DNA of 64,000 nucleotides from an uncultured Gammaproteobacteria bacterium (GTDB taxonomy: Bacteria; Patescibacteriota; Patescibacteriia; UBA11705; DATKZF01): assembly GCA_964411255.1 (NCBI GenBank), contig CAYPKD010000002.1, positions 98,141 to 162,140 of the forward strand, given 5' to 3'. The translations under genes and the position numbers were made by a program. Under the pieces are notes generated by a model that was given only the letters and a program-made list of their open reading frames with translations, was not told the DNA's origin and did not search any database. This document shows, piece by piece, positions 19,913-30,300 of the stretch; the first letter of the stretch is position 1, and every line of letters begins with the position of its first letter.

Positions 19913-19960
19913 CCCTTCGACCTCTCGACCCCGCTCGAGGCAGGCAAGCTCAGGGCAGGC
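19913..19960. repeat. nested REP-like elements
   Basis: CCCTTCGAC[CTCTCGACCCCGCTCGAGGCAGGC]AAGCTCAGGGCAGGC. Confidence 0.6.
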
Positions 19961-20125
19961 AAGATTGGAATATGATTATTTTATTTGCTGTGTATGCCCC
20001 GAATAAATGACCCGAATGAAATTACTACAGATATCCCGGATTACTGATCCTGATGCTTGACAATTTTATTAAAATATATTATTATGATTTAACTCAATCA
20101 ACCCACCAGGACAAGGGAGGTAAAT

Positions 20126-20329
20126 ATGTCAAGAAATGGTGAAAATACGGATTGGAGCTGGCAAGAAGCCAGTGAAGCAGCTCAAAAGCTGGGCATTGAA
20201 ACCAGGGATGAATACAGAAGCCGAACACCGCATCATGGATTGCCAGATGATCCTGTTGCTGAATTTTCCAACTTTCCGCGAAAGTCAAATGGCGAACCTA
20301 ATTGGGAGTTATTTTTAGGAGTAAAATAA
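20126..20329 (+). CDS. stand-alone single INT_rpt-like repeat microprotein
   Basis: WQEASEAAQKLGIETRDEY..LPDDP..FP..WELFLG; GGGAGG SD, TTGACA at 20057, own terminator. Confidence 0.82.
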   Translation: MSRNGENTDWSWQEASEAAQKLGIETRDEYRSRTPHHGLPDDPVAEFSNFPRKSNGEPNWELFLGVK

Positions 20330-20359
20330 AATCCACTAGACAAAACTAGCGGATTTTTT
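20328..20359 (+). terminator. intrinsic terminator
   Basis: AAAATCCACTAG-ACAAAA-CTAGCGGATTTTTT. Confidence 0.65.
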
Positions 20360-20491
20360 ATTTGTTACGGATACCCCGAATGTTCTGACTTTTTATTCGA
20401 ATGACCTGAATATTATTAATTGTTAATTTGACAAGAATGACGAAAACTGTTAAAGTTTGATATTGTTTCATTGACAATCAAGGAGCAAATC

Positions 20492-22294
20492 ATGTTTGAA
20501 CTATATGACTATCAGAAACGGCAATTAAAGGCAATTAATAAAGCATTTGAAACTACAATGCGAGCATTAATGGTAATGGCCAGCGGTTTGGGAAAAACTG
20601 TTGTTGCCGCATTTTGGGCAAAAGATCAGGTCCAAAATGGAAAAATGCTTTTCCTCTGCCATGAGAACGAAATTCTTGCTCAGGCATTGAGTATTTTTAG
20701 GCAAGTGCTAGGTGAAACTGTTTCGCTTGGCGTATTTACTGGCCAGCAAAAAGACTATGAAGAAGTTGATGTACTTTTTGCTTCTTTCCAGACAATGCGT
20801 GAATGGAAACAAGCCTTTTTCCCAAATGAGTTTGCCACTATCATTGTAGATGAATCTCATCATGGCCAAGCGCCGACCTACAAAGAGGTAATAGAATATT
20901 TTACTCCTCAAAAGCTTTTTGGCATGACAGCCACACCAGATCGAATGGATGAAAAAGACATTCGTGAGATTTTTGGTGATGAGGTTGTTAATCTATCGCT
21001 TGAAGAAGGCATTGCCAAAGGCTGGCTAACGCCAGTTGAATATTATGTAATGAATGATGGGCTGAATACCAAGGTTCTGCGAGAAATCGTTGATAGAGTA
21101 TTAAAAAAAGGTGAGCGTATTTCAATTAAACAACTCAATGAAACCATTTTTATTAAAGCTCGGGATGAAGAGATCGCTCGAATCATTCAGGGGCGTGGCA
21201 GAAAGACAATTATTTTCTGTGAGCGCATTGAGCATGCAGAAGAATTTGTTCAGCATTTGCCAAAAGCAGAGTGTTTTCACTCTTGTAAAAGTGCACATCA
21301 CAATGAACTTGTTTTGAAGGCTTTCCGAGATGGAACACTGCAATATATTTTAGCAGTTGATAAATTCAATGAAGGAATTGACATTCCTGATGCTGAAATG
21401 GTTGTGTTCCTGCGCTGTACAGACTCAAGAACTGTCTTTTTGCAGCAGTTGGGCAGGGGATTGCGAAAGATTGAGGGTAAGGATAATGTTGTAGTCCTTG
21501 ATTTTGTTGCTAACTGTGAACGGCTAAAAATAGTTAGAGATATGGCCGGAAGAGTAAAATCAATGGCTAACGGCCAGGCTTTGTGTGAAGATGTGCTAAA
21601 GGTTTCAGGCAAAGCATTTGATTTTCTATTCACTGATAAACAGCAGGATATTTTTACAATTCTTGAAACAATCAAGCCTCGATATATCTCAGATATCCCG
21701 CATCTTTTGGCTGAATATTCAGATAAAAACGAATTGCCGCCAGAGCAAGTGAGTGCCGGCACATCCAAAAATCTGTGGTGGAAATGTCAAAAAGTGAAAT
21801 GTGGATATGAATGGCAGGTTAGTGGGAATTGTAGAATATCTAAAGTGACAGGATGCCCCGCCTGTGCTAATCGTATTGCCACTTTAAACAATAGTTTGGC
21901 GGTAACTCATCCAGAATTAGCAGAAGAATATTCTGATAAAAATCAGTTCACTGTTGATGAGGTAGTTGCAGGCACAAGAAAAAAGTTGTGGTGGAAATGT
22001 AAAACATGCAATCATGAATGGCAGGCAGCAGGAGATAGAAGGGTTCACGGAACAGGCTGCCCAGTTTGCGCAATAAAAAGAACAATAGAAAAACGCAGAA
22101 AGAAATTTTTTCAGACTTGGCAGGAATCTAGTCGATTGGCAATATCCTTAGGAGTAAAAAATTGGCATGAGTATAGAAATATGTATAAAAAGGATCCAAG
22201 ATTGCCTTCTGTTCCACAAACATTTTATTTAAATTTTCCTAAAAAGCCAAACGGCCGTCCTGATTGGGATTTGTTTTTTGGGAGGAAAAAATAA
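20492..22294 (+). CDS. SF2 DExH helicase/ATPase (ResIII-like) with two zinc ribbons and one C-terminal INT_rpt-like repeat
   Basis: MASGLGKT, DESHH, MTATP, NEGIDIP, QQLGRGLR; two HPEL..WWKC..HEW..GCPxC units (DUF4379-like); terminal TWQES..LGV..LPSVP..FP..WDLFFG; ATG 20492 after AGGAG. Confidence 0.9.
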   Translation: MFELYDYQKRQLKAINKAFETTMRALMVMASGLGKTVVAAFWAKDQVQNGKMLFLCHENEILAQALSIFRQVLGETVSLGVFTGQQKDYEEVDVLFASFQTMREWKQAFFPNEFATIIVDESHHGQAPTYKEVIEYFTPQKLFGMTATPDRMDEKDIREIFGDEVVNLSLEEGIAKGWLTPVEYYVMNDGLNTKVLREIVDRVLKKGERISIKQLNETIFIKARDEEIARIIQGRGRKTIIFCERIEHAEEFVQHLPKAECFHSCKSAHHNELVLKAFRDGTLQYILAVDKFNEGIDIPDAEMVVFLRCTDSRTVFLQQLGRGLRKIEGKDNVVVLDFVANCERLKIVRDMAGRVKSMANGQALCEDVLKVSGKAFDFLFTDKQQDIFTILETIKPRYISDIPHLLAEYSDKNELPPEQVSAGTSKNLWWKCQKVKCGYEWQVSGNCRISKVTGCPACANRIATLNNSLAVTHPELAEEYSDKNQFTVDEVVAGTRKKLWWKCKTCNHEWQAAGDRRVHGTGCPVCAIKRTIEKRRKKFFQTWQESSRLAISLGVKNWHEYRNMYKKDPRLPSVPQTFYLNFPKKPNGRPDWDLFFGRKK

Positions 22295-22327
22295 ATTCCC
22301 TTAGTAAAACTAAAGGGAATTTTTTTT
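22293..22327. terminator. terminator between convergent genes
   Basis: AATTCCCTTAG-TAAAA-CTAAAGGGAATTTTTTTT. Confidence 0.7.
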
Positions 22328-22367
22328 AAATTTTATTGTTAATCAACCTACCAATCTACCAATCTCG

Positions 22368-24500
22368 TTATAAGTGTTTAAGATTAATTGAAATAATTTT
22401 TTGACCATCTATCAAATAAATCTTTCTATTTCCCTCATCCACTGCCATATCTGAAACAGACTGGGCATTTTCAATCTGATATTGGATTACCACCAGACCA
22501 TTTTTGCCATAAACAATAACTCTGTTTGTGTTTTTGTCTAAAACATAAATATAACTTGAATCAACATCAGTATATATCTTGCTTGCGCTTTCAATCTTTG
22601 GCTCAATGTTTTGAGCAGAAAAGCTCTGCTTATCTCCGCTAAGGAATTTTTGGATTGTACCATTTGAACTCAATACATAAATATCGCCATCAATGGCCAT
22701 TGAAGTGGCGCTGCTAAAATCTGCTGCGTCATTTACCCAGCTAGCTGGAGGACCATAAGAATTTGACCCAACATTTCTGAGTTTATAGATCTGATTATCA
22801 GCAGGTGATAAAAAGTAAAGATGAGTGTTGTATACGTAAAAATCAGTCCATGAGCCCTCTGAATCCAGACTTACTTTTTCAAATTGATCATTATCAGTAG
22901 AGTATTGATATAGACTATTATTTTCAAATAATATATATAAAGTTTGATCATCAAAAGCAAACTGGCTTAAAACATTTGCGTTTATATTAGTTTCCACTGT
23001 AGATAAAATTTGCGCTGAAGATAAATTAATGGAATTAAGATTGTTTTGATCAGATACGATTAGGATTTGATCGTTTAAAACCTGCAGCTTCATTGAATCC
23101 TGGTTTAGATTGGCTAAAGTAATAAGATCTTGCGCCTGAACTGATTCAAGCTTTAATAGTTTATTATTTAAAGCCTTGTATTGATTCTCAAGTTTTACAA
23201 TATTTTGATTTTCCTCTTCAGATTCTTTTGGTAGTTTTGAAATCAAATCTTTTACTTCAGCCATTAAATTTAAGCTTTTATCAGTATTTCTGAATAAGAA
23301 AGCAGCTTCAGCCTGATTTAATTTGGTTTCAATTGCTTTAATTGAGCTGTTATATGCTGCATCGTCTTTTTTTGTTTCCTGATTTTTATATATCCAGACT
23401 ATGCTTAAGGCAAAGACTATAACTAATGCAATTATTAAAATTATAATAATTTTTTTTGTTTTTGGAGCCATTGGCTTTTCTTTTTTTTCTGATTTTGATT
23501 CAGTAGTCACTTTTTTTCCTTTTGATATGCCAAGTTTATTGAGAATGCTTTTTATCAAACTTGGAGAGCTTCGTATTTCGTCAACAGCAATACCTTTTGG
23601 TTTTTTTTGTCTGCTAAATATAGATATGAACTTTTTTCCAATATTTTTAAATTTTTGTTTAATATTTATGCCAATTGCTGGGGTGAGAAATTTTTCAGTA
23701 TCCATTTGAGTATTGACCAGCGTATTGATTGATTGCTGGGATGCTTTTTCCTGTTCAATTAATTGAAGATCTTCTTGTTTTATAAAAATAGCAGAAAATG
23801 TTTTGGCATACCCTTGAGGTCTTTTTTGCAAAAGAATTTTAAAATCTTCGATAAGTTCTTTTACTGGTCTGTTTGAAGCTATTTGGTTTATTTTTTCAGC
23901 AGAAAAAAATCTGGCAAATCCTTCATTAGAGATGATTAATGCGTCAGGCAGAAAGATTTTACCAGAAATAATGCTGGCAAAAATTTTGACTTTATTTTCA
24001 GGAGAATTTTCAGATCCAGCTAAAATGTCAATTATTTTATAGTTTGATTTTTTAGTTTTATGGATTAAAAAACTTTGGATATTACCCCGATGGCTGAATA
24101 TTATATCAGATTCAATATTGCTTGGCTTTATCACAGCCACTAAAAAGTTAATATTTTCTAAAATTAGCTGAATTTGGCCATTTTGTATCAATTGGAGCAC
24201 TTTTTCATTGGTTTTTTGAAGCGCATGTTCAAAAACTGTCTCTAAATTCAATTTTTGCGGATCAGGAGAGGTAACGATTTGCCTGTAATAATGGTCTTTT
24301 AAGCTGGAAATTATGGTATTTGAGATTTTCTGTCCATGCTCAGTGGGGGTAGCATTAATTTCAATAATTCCTAAAACATGGCCGCCAAATTTTTCTTTGC
24401 CATCTGGGAAAATAATAAAATTTTCACAAAAATAATCATTTTGCACTTGATTTGAAGGAAGAAATATTTCTTCAATCCTTAGTGCTTTTTGTTTGTCCAT
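22368..24500 (-). CDS. bitopic membrane protein: degenerate PP2C-like N-terminus, TM helix, C-terminal beta-propeller
   Basis: Single TM (IIIILIIALVIVFALSIVWI); SMAIDGDIYVL, IYVLD, DMAVD blade-like repeats. Confidence 0.7.
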   Translation of the reverse strand: MDKQKALRIEEIFLPSNQVQNDYFCENFIIFPDGKEKFGGHVLGIIEINATPTEHGQKISNTIISSLKDHYYRQIVTSPDPQKLNLETVFEHALQKTNEKVLQLIQNGQIQLILENINFLVAVIKPSNIESDIIFSHRGNIQSFLIHKTKKSNYKIIDILAGSENSPENKVKIFASIISGKIFLPDALIISNEGFARFFSAEKINQIASNRPVKELIEDFKILLQKRPQGYAKTFSAIFIKQEDLQLIEQEKASQQSINTLVNTQMDTEKFLTPAIGINIKQKFKNIGKKFISIFSRQKKPKGIAVDEIRSSPSLIKSILNKLGISKGKKVTTESKSEKKEKPMAPKTKKIIIILIIALVIVFALSIVWIYKNQETKKDDAAYNSSIKAIETKLNQAEAAFLFRNTDKSLNLMAEVKDLISKLPKESEEENQNIVKLENQYKALNNKLLKLESVQAQDLITLANLNQDSMKLQVLNDQILIVSDQNNLNSINLSSAQILSTVETNINANVLSQFAFDDQTLYILFENNSLYQYSTDNDQFEKVSLDSEGSWTDFYVYNTHLYFLSPADNQIYKLRNVGSNSYGPPASWVNDAADFSSATSMAIDGDIYVLSSNGTIQKFLSGDKQSFSAQNIEPKIESASKIYTDVDSSYIYVLDKNTNRVIVYGKNGLVVIQYQIENAQSVSDMAVDEGNRKIYLIDGQKIISINLKHL

Positions 24501-24647
24501 ATTAAGAATTGACGGGTGAATTGTACATGTATTATACTATAAGTAAGGTAAAAATGAAAGGAATTGGGAGTTAGCTTGTAGGACATTAGCTTGTAGTAAC
24601 CAAAAACTACCAGCTATTAGCTACCAGCTACAAGCTATAAGCTAATT

Positions 24648-25268
24648 ATGTTTGAACAACTTTTTGGGTCAAAGACCAGAGCAAAGCTGATAAAAACATT
24701 TTTGGAATATCCAGATCGGGCTTTTTACGTACGTGAATTGACCAGAGTTACTGGCTCAATGATAAATTCAGTCAGGCGTGAATTGAAAATTCTCGAAGAT
24801 TTGGATATTATTTACGTTGAAAAATCCTTGATTGAAAAAAATATTGTTCAGCATAATTTGCCTGAAGGCCTGAATACAAAGAAATTTTTTAAATTAAATC
24901 AGGAAAATGTTTTTCACAAGGAGTTAAGGACTATTTTTAAGAAAAATGATATAATAAATGAGAAGAATCTTGCAACCAACTTAGACGAAATAAATGGTGT
25001 ATATTTGGCTGTGCTGGTTGGTGTCTTTATAAAAAATGAAAGTTCACCTACAGATGTGCTAATTGTTGCTGAGTCTGGCCGAAATAATAGAATTTTACCA
25101 ATTGTAAAGACTTTGCAAGATGATATAAAAAAAGAAATGAGTTATACAATACTGCCTCCAGAAGAATATTTACTCAGAAAAGATATTAATGACAGGTTTT
25201 TGTATGCAATTATTAATGATCGAAAAAAAATTACATTACTAGATAAACTAAGTGAAATAACTAAATAG
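24648..25268 (+). CDS. winged-HTH regulator with nucleotidyltransferase-like C-terminus
   Basis: LFGSKTRAKL..FYVRELTR..NSVRREL..LE; GVF..TDVLIV. Confidence 0.75.
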   Translation: MFEQLFGSKTRAKLIKTFLEYPDRAFYVRELTRVTGSMINSVRRELKILEDLDIIYVEKSLIEKNIVQHNLPEGLNTKKFFKLNQENVFHKELRTIFKKNDIINEKNLATNLDEINGVYLAVLVGVFIKNESSPTDVLIVAESGRNNRILPIVKTLQDDIKKEMSYTILPPEEYLLRKDINDRFLYAIINDRKKITLLDKLSEITK

Positions 25269-25274
25269 AAAAAT

Positions 25275-26738
25275 ATGAAATTAAAAACACTTGCTGTATT
25301 GTTAATAGTTTTTGGAGCTGCCTTTGCTTTTGGAGTAAAAGCGCAGGCATTTGAACAAGATGAATTAGCAATAAAAATTTTTGATAAAAATCTCAATTTA
25401 ACAAAACAATTTAATTTTTTGCCTGAAGATTTTTTTGGAGATGTAGACATGACTTTGGGAGATATAACGGGAGATGGCCAAACTGAAATCATTGTAAGTT
25501 TAAGCGATAGGGAAAATGATTCAAAAGTTATTATTTATTCAGCAGACGGATTGATACTAAATGAATTCCACCCGTATGTGAAGGGATTTAAAGGCATGAT
25601 TTACATTACCAGTGCTGATTTAGATAATGATGGTGTAGCTGAAATTATCACTGGTGCCGGTTATATGGGTGGTCCACAGGTCAGAATTTTTGATCATTTA
25701 GGAGAAACAAAGTTTGTATCTGGCTTTTGGGCGGAAGACAAGGATAAGTACAGAAATGGCGTTCGGGTAGCAGCTGGAGATGTTAATGGCGATGGTCTAA
25801 AGGAAATAATAACTACCACGGTTGATAATAAAATGGATGTAAAGTTCTTTAATCGATTCGGACAGGAAACTTTAGAAAAAATTGAATTAAGTGAGGGCAG
25901 CTTTTTTGAGCCAGGAAAAATTATTTCTATTGATCTTGGCGTTGATGGAATAAATGAACTGGTTGTAAATTACGGATATGGCAATAGTCCTAAATTAATG
26001 ATATTACGCGCAGATGGATCAGAAATAACTTCATTTGACGCTTATCACCCAGGTTTTGGCGGCGGAGTAGACATGGCCAGCTATAAAGAAGGGGATAGAC
26101 AAATATTTGTCACTGGAGCAGGATATAGTGGCGGTCCGCATGTTCGATTTTTAGACCAGGAAGGAAATAATGTTAGTGATCCAACTTTCTTTGTCTACCC
26201 AGATGATTATAAGGGCGGAGTGAATGTTGCAGCATTGGATTTGGACAACAATAAGGAAATTGAATATGTGGTTGCTCCAAAGGTTATTGTTGATCAGGAT
26301 GAAAATTTTTGGCCAAAGCACATTGAAGTTGATATTTCAAAGCAGAAATTATACGTATATGAATATAACAGATTGATTCGTGAGTTTTGGGTGTCTACTG
26401 GAAAATGGAGCCATCCAACACCTTTGGGTAAATTTAAAGTGTACAGAAAGAGAAGAAGCGTGCATATGAGATGGTCATATGGGCCAAACCATCCAGATAA
26501 TTATGATTTGCCAGGAGTGCCCTATGTATTGTCATTTGTCGGTGCGTACACAATTCACGGCACGTATTGGCATAGTAATTTTGGCCATCGGATGAGTCAC
26601 GGCTGCGTAAACATGTATACCCCTGATTCTCAATGGGTTTATAATTGGGCGCCAATGGGAACGCCGGTTATAGTTCATAATGGAAATATTGATGCTATTT
26701 TGGGAAGAGATAAGACTGAGGAAGACAAGGAGGAATAA
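25275..26738 (+). CDS. FG-GAP-repeat L,D-transpeptidase (YkuD)
   Basis: Signal peptide; GDxxGDG..EII and GAG..GGP.VR repeats; VSTG, TPLG, IHGTYWH..SHGCVN catalytic motif. Confidence 0.92.
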   Translation: MKLKTLAVLLIVFGAAFAFGVKAQAFEQDELAIKIFDKNLNLTKQFNFLPEDFFGDVDMTLGDITGDGQTEIIVSLSDRENDSKVIIYSADGLILNEFHPYVKGFKGMIYITSADLDNDGVAEIITGAGYMGGPQVRIFDHLGETKFVSGFWAEDKDKYRNGVRVAAGDVNGDGLKEIITTTVDNKMDVKFFNRFGQETLEKIELSEGSFFEPGKIISIDLGVDGINELVVNYGYGNSPKLMILRADGSEITSFDAYHPGFGGGVDMASYKEGDRQIFVTGAGYSGGPHVRFLDQEGNNVSDPTFFVYPDDYKGGVNVAALDLDNNKEIEYVVAPKVIVDQDENFWPKHIEVDISKQKLYVYEYNRLIREFWVSTGKWSHPTPLGKFKVYRKRRSVHMRWSYGPNHPDNYDLPGVPYVLSFVGAYTIHGTYWHSNFGHRMSHGCVNMYTPDSQWVYNWAPMGTPVIVHNGNIDAILGRDKTEEDKEE

Positions 26739-26747
26739 TTTGAAAGT

Positions 26748-27149
26748 ATGAAATTAATAGTAAGTACTGAATCAAACCAAAAGTTTTCAATAGGATTAGC
26801 TGACGCAAGTCAGCTAATTGATTTTGAATTGGTTGAAAAGCCCTTTATGCAATCTGAATTAGTTTTAAAGACAATTGATAAATTTTTTAGCAAGTATAAA
26901 GTTTCAATTAAAAACTTAGAAGAAATTATTGTCATTTCTGGACCAGGCGATTTTTCAGCAGTTAGAATTGGAATATCAATTGCCAATGCTTTAGCCTATG
27001 CCTGGAACATTTCAGTGAAAGCTGTAGAATCAGAAAAGAATTATAAATCTGAAGAAAAGAAATTGAAAGAAGTTTTAAAAATGAGCGAACAGATTAAAGT
27101 AAGCAAAATAGCTAAACCTGTCTATATAGCTGAGCCGAATATAACATAA
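26748..27149 (+). CDS. tsaB: tRNA threonylcarbamoyladenosine biosynthesis protein TsaB (short form)
   Basis: GPGDFSAVRIGISIANALA; ends P.Y..EPNIT. Confidence 0.85.
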   Translation: MKLIVSTESNQKFSIGLADASQLIDFELVEKPFMQSELVLKTIDKFFSKYKVSIKNLEEIIVISGPGDFSAVRIGISIANALAYAWNISVKAVESEKNYKSEEKKLKEVLKMSEQIKVSKIAKPVYIAEPNIT

Positions 27150-27316
27150 AAAAAATGAATATCACTATCCAGCAGAAAGCTTGTCTTTCTGCTTTTAATT
27201 TTCTGCTGATTTTATCAACATTACATTAACAAATATTGTTTGTATTCTGTAAATAAAATGCTATAATACTAAAGTAATTATTTCATTAAATATAAACAAA
27301 AAATAATTTAGATTGT

Positions 27317-30300
27317 ATGAAACAAAAAACAAACATTTGTAAAAAAACTGCCTTAATTATGGCAGGTTTTATTTTTGCCATTTCAATTACAGCATTAATC
27401 GTTGCTGCGCCGGCAAACGCGCAGTCAGTTACCCCTGAGGGGGATAATTCTTATTTGGGCGGAATTGGAACTGATTTCTCACTAGATGATGTCTCTATAA
27501 ATTCCAGTATTCCAATTTATGGCTCAATGTCTGAGGCCAGGTATAATTTTGTACTTTTTAATGTGCAGAGAGCTCCTGGGGCTTCTGCTGATTCGACGTT
27601 TCTAACCATTACAGGATTAATTCCAGACACATCCTATAATGTCCATGAGGACGGGTTTGTACCCCTTGTTTACACTTCAGACTCTACTGGTGAGATTAAT
27701 TTTAACCAGGATATAGGTACTCCTCATACTTTGACGATTAAAACCGACAGCTCAATTTTTGAGATAACCGCAGATTCCACTTGCGGGGATGTTGAAGCTT
27801 TTGGTGGTGTATGTGATGATTCTGGACCAGAATTAAATGTAACCATGCCTGCATCATGTATGATTAATGACTCTGTTTGGATTCATGATTTTTCTGGCAA
27901 TATTTATTTTAACGATTGCACTATCACTGCAAAGCCAGGCTATGGTATAGCCTTGTATCTTACAAATGTCAGCGGAATTATGCGAGACGTAAAAGTAAAA
28001 GCAGCAAGGACGGGAATAGCCTTTGGGGCTGGTACGAAATATTTATATATAGAGAATGTTGAAGTGACACCTACTATAGGCGATGGATTGGAACGAATTG
28101 GTTTTAATTTTGTTGGCCAGGATGTTGAAGAGATTGCCGTATACGACTATGTGTGTAATTTCTTTGAATTACCTTCTGATGTTAACAAGGGAGATATTTG
28201 CGTTTTAGCTCAGGATGGACAATCAAAGATTGATTTTGCATTAGGCACTATTTCTTATTCTGATAGGGGATTTATTTTTGAGAATTCAACTTTTTCATCA
28301 TCTGAAATACAGATTGTCAATACTCAGATTTATCTTAATTATAGCGAGTCTATCGGTCTTAGTTTAAGAAGAGCAAACATCATAAAGTCTACTAATAATA
28401 ATTATCTTTCTTACCCAGGTAATGACATTCCATTTTATAAGGCGATTGAAATAAAAGATGTTCCTTTTGGTGTTTCAGTTAATGATTTTATAAGTATTTC
28501 TGACAGATTTGGCCTTTGTCAATATGGGGCAACTGTAGAAAATGGAAGTAATATTAATTTTATTTCGCCTCACGAGGATCAAGAGACTAGTGCTCAAATT
28601 GCTGGTATTGTTGCTATTGATTCTGAAAATGTGAATATTGTCGGTACTGCAGCTGAACCTTCACTTTTTTACCCAAAGATCTTTGCAAATGCATTTGAAT
28701 ATGAAAACACAACAGGTATAGTAGGTAATTACATGAACGCGACTAGTACGGGTAGGGATCAAACAATTTTTAGAACTGATGAAGGCAATATTATTCTTTC
28801 GACTGACATTGGCTATTATGATGCGGCAGTTGAAATATCAGAAGGCGTGCTGCCTCCTGAAATTTCGCATCTATCAGATGATAGCATTCGTATTAGGAAT
28901 ATAGGGGACGATATAGATATATTATTTTATGATACTTATGGCGTGCCAATTGCACAAGCGCGTCTACACCCCGGAACTGAATTTATGGTATTTCATAATG
29001 AAGACGGCGGTGTTACTGTAGTTAATACCAACCTAGGGTCAGAAGTTACGGTGTTTAGATTGTATGACGATCCTGGTTGGTTTGTTGGCGCTTCTCCAAT
29101 CGGTACTGTGATATCAATGCCTGGAGATGTAATGTCATTTAATTCAGGAAATTCAGTGTATGTAAAAAACGAAGCTGGAAATTGGGATTTGGAGTTATAT
29201 GATAGCAATAGCAATTGGGTAATGAATGTTCCAATGAGCCAGGGAGATCATGTAATGGTTGAGGGAAATGTTGATGGCAGCACATCATTAACCAATGTAA
29301 ATACTTCAGCCCAAGATGTTTATGCTATTGAATGGGTAGAATCAGCAGGTATGCTGACCTTAGATCAAAATGAAACATTATCGGCAATTTCTGGTGTTGA
29401 TGTAGTTAATGTAAATGTAGCTGATGGAGCGATTGATTTAGATATATTAGATGTTGGTAGCCAAATTGCTATTGCCAAAACAGTATTAGCTCAAGGTAGT
29501 CAGGCCAGTCTTGCTGTTAATACTGCCGGTGGCACTGAATTAGTTAATCTAGGCACTGGTGTTTTTGATATAATAATAGATGATCTTGCACAATTCAGTC
29601 TTGAATCAACTGAAGGCGCTGTTTTTTCAGGTACTGTAAAAAAAGATATTACACCGATTTATGGCAATTTTGACATTGAATTTTTAGACAGCCAGGATAC
29701 AGTTGCCAGAGTGATAATGAATGATCCGACTCAGACAGCCAGACTGCAAAGAGATCCAGAAGGCTATGCTAATGTTCAAAATATTTCTCAAACAGAGATA
29801 ACAGTTGAAGGATATGATACAGCCAGAATTAGTAGATCAAGGCTTGGCTATGGAGACACGATTGGATTTAAGAGAGGATCTTTGCAACTAAAAGATACAT
29901 TAGGTTCCTTTGATGTTGAATATATTGCTTTAAATGGCGGAATTGTTGGTGTTACAACATTGCAGAATTTTGAAAAAATGAATTTAACTCATGTTGGCCA
30001 GACTGATGTGCAGGTAGAAAATATTGGCACTGTATCATTTGATATATTGAATCTGTTTACTAATCAGACTGAAACCGTTATTTCAGGTCAAACAACTGTT
30101 GTTATTCCTGGCCCTACTGGCCAGATTGAAGCAAAGGTTAAGGGCGGACATCCAAAGAAAGCGCTGGAATATGCAACTGTGAAAACTTATAATAAAAATG
30201 ACAGCTGTGTTTCTGAATATTTTCCAAATGCAGGACAAGTAAATGAATTTTGCGAACCAGTAGCTATGTGCGTTACTGGAGCAGATGGTAAATGCTTAAT

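Noticed and set aside
13095-22294. Prophage or integrative element
   Set aside because: No recombinase catalytic motifs, structural genes or att-like flanking direct repeats seen
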